Shown: in pieces, positions 14,596-14,782 of the stretch
How positions within the stretch are numbered: the first letter of the stretch is position 1
How the letters are laid out: each line of letters opens with the position of its first letter
Assembly (NCBI GenBank): GCA_031370645.1
Contig: JANMQV010000004.1
Location: 1-14,782 of the forward strand
DNA from: Candidatus Eiseniibacteriota bacterium
GTDB lineage: Bacteria; Eisenbacteria; RBG-16-71-46; SZUA-252
Direction of reading: 5' to 3'
DNA length: 14,782 nucleotides
Made by a program: the position numbers and the translations under genes
The notes under the pieces: model-generated
Databases searched by the model: none
Seen by the model: only the letters and a program-made list of their open reading frames with translations
What the model was told of the DNA's origin: nothing

Positions 14596-14643
14596 GCGTG
14601 CCCCTCGGTCCCCCGACCCGACATCTACACCCGGGGGGCACGC
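14596..14643 (+). other. 13-bp GC-rich stem-loop in the 3' region
   Basis: GCGTGCCCCTCGG (14596-14608) pairs with CCGGGGGGCACGC (14631-14643), with one U-G pair and a 22-nt loop. Confidence 0.6.
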
Positions 14644-14670
14644 ATCCCCCCTTCGCAGGGCAGCGCGCAA

Positions 14671-14712
14671 AGAAGGCCGGTCCGAGTCGCGGATCGGCTT
14701 TCTGCGTTATTC
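14671..14712 (+). terminator. Probable intrinsic terminator
   Basis: A 14-bp stem AGAAGGCCGGTCCG / CGGATCGGCTTTCT has a 5-nt loop. Its two G-U pairs form only on the + strand. The 3' side is moderately T-rich (TTTCTGCGTTATT) but lacks a long U-tract. Confidence 0.55.
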
Positions 14713-14782
14713 CAACATCTCGAAGGGCCCGGGCTGGGGAGCGGGAGCATTAAAGGTCGCTGGCCCCGAACTAACAGGGGCC

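Overview
GC-rich bacterial DNA with two convergent signalling operons plus one divergent gene. (1) On the + strand (<2-6129) is the tail of a conventional chemotaxis cluster: a 5'-truncated transmembrane chemoreceptor, cheY, cheB, cheR and cheX, followed closely by a secreted seven-bladed FG-GAP (integrin-alpha-like) protein. (2) On the - strand (13336 down to 6132) is a tightly coupled five-gene operon behind a near-consensus sigma-54 promoter: cheW, an atypical chemoreceptor with no extracellular sensor, a CheA homologue lacking its phosphoacceptor His and ATP-binding boxes, a STAS-GAF-HD-GYP protein with a degenerate active site (HD to RD), and a REC-GAF-HD-GYP phosphodiesterase with intact motifs. 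This second operon is the most interesting element. It looks like a chemosensory scaffold built around a pseudokinase and paired with an active/inactive pair of cyclic-dinucleotide phosphodiesterases. (3) A divergent hypothetical gene (13793-14572) has its own sigma-54-like promoter, a structured leader and two downstream hairpins. All calls come from reading motifs by eye; no database searches were run.
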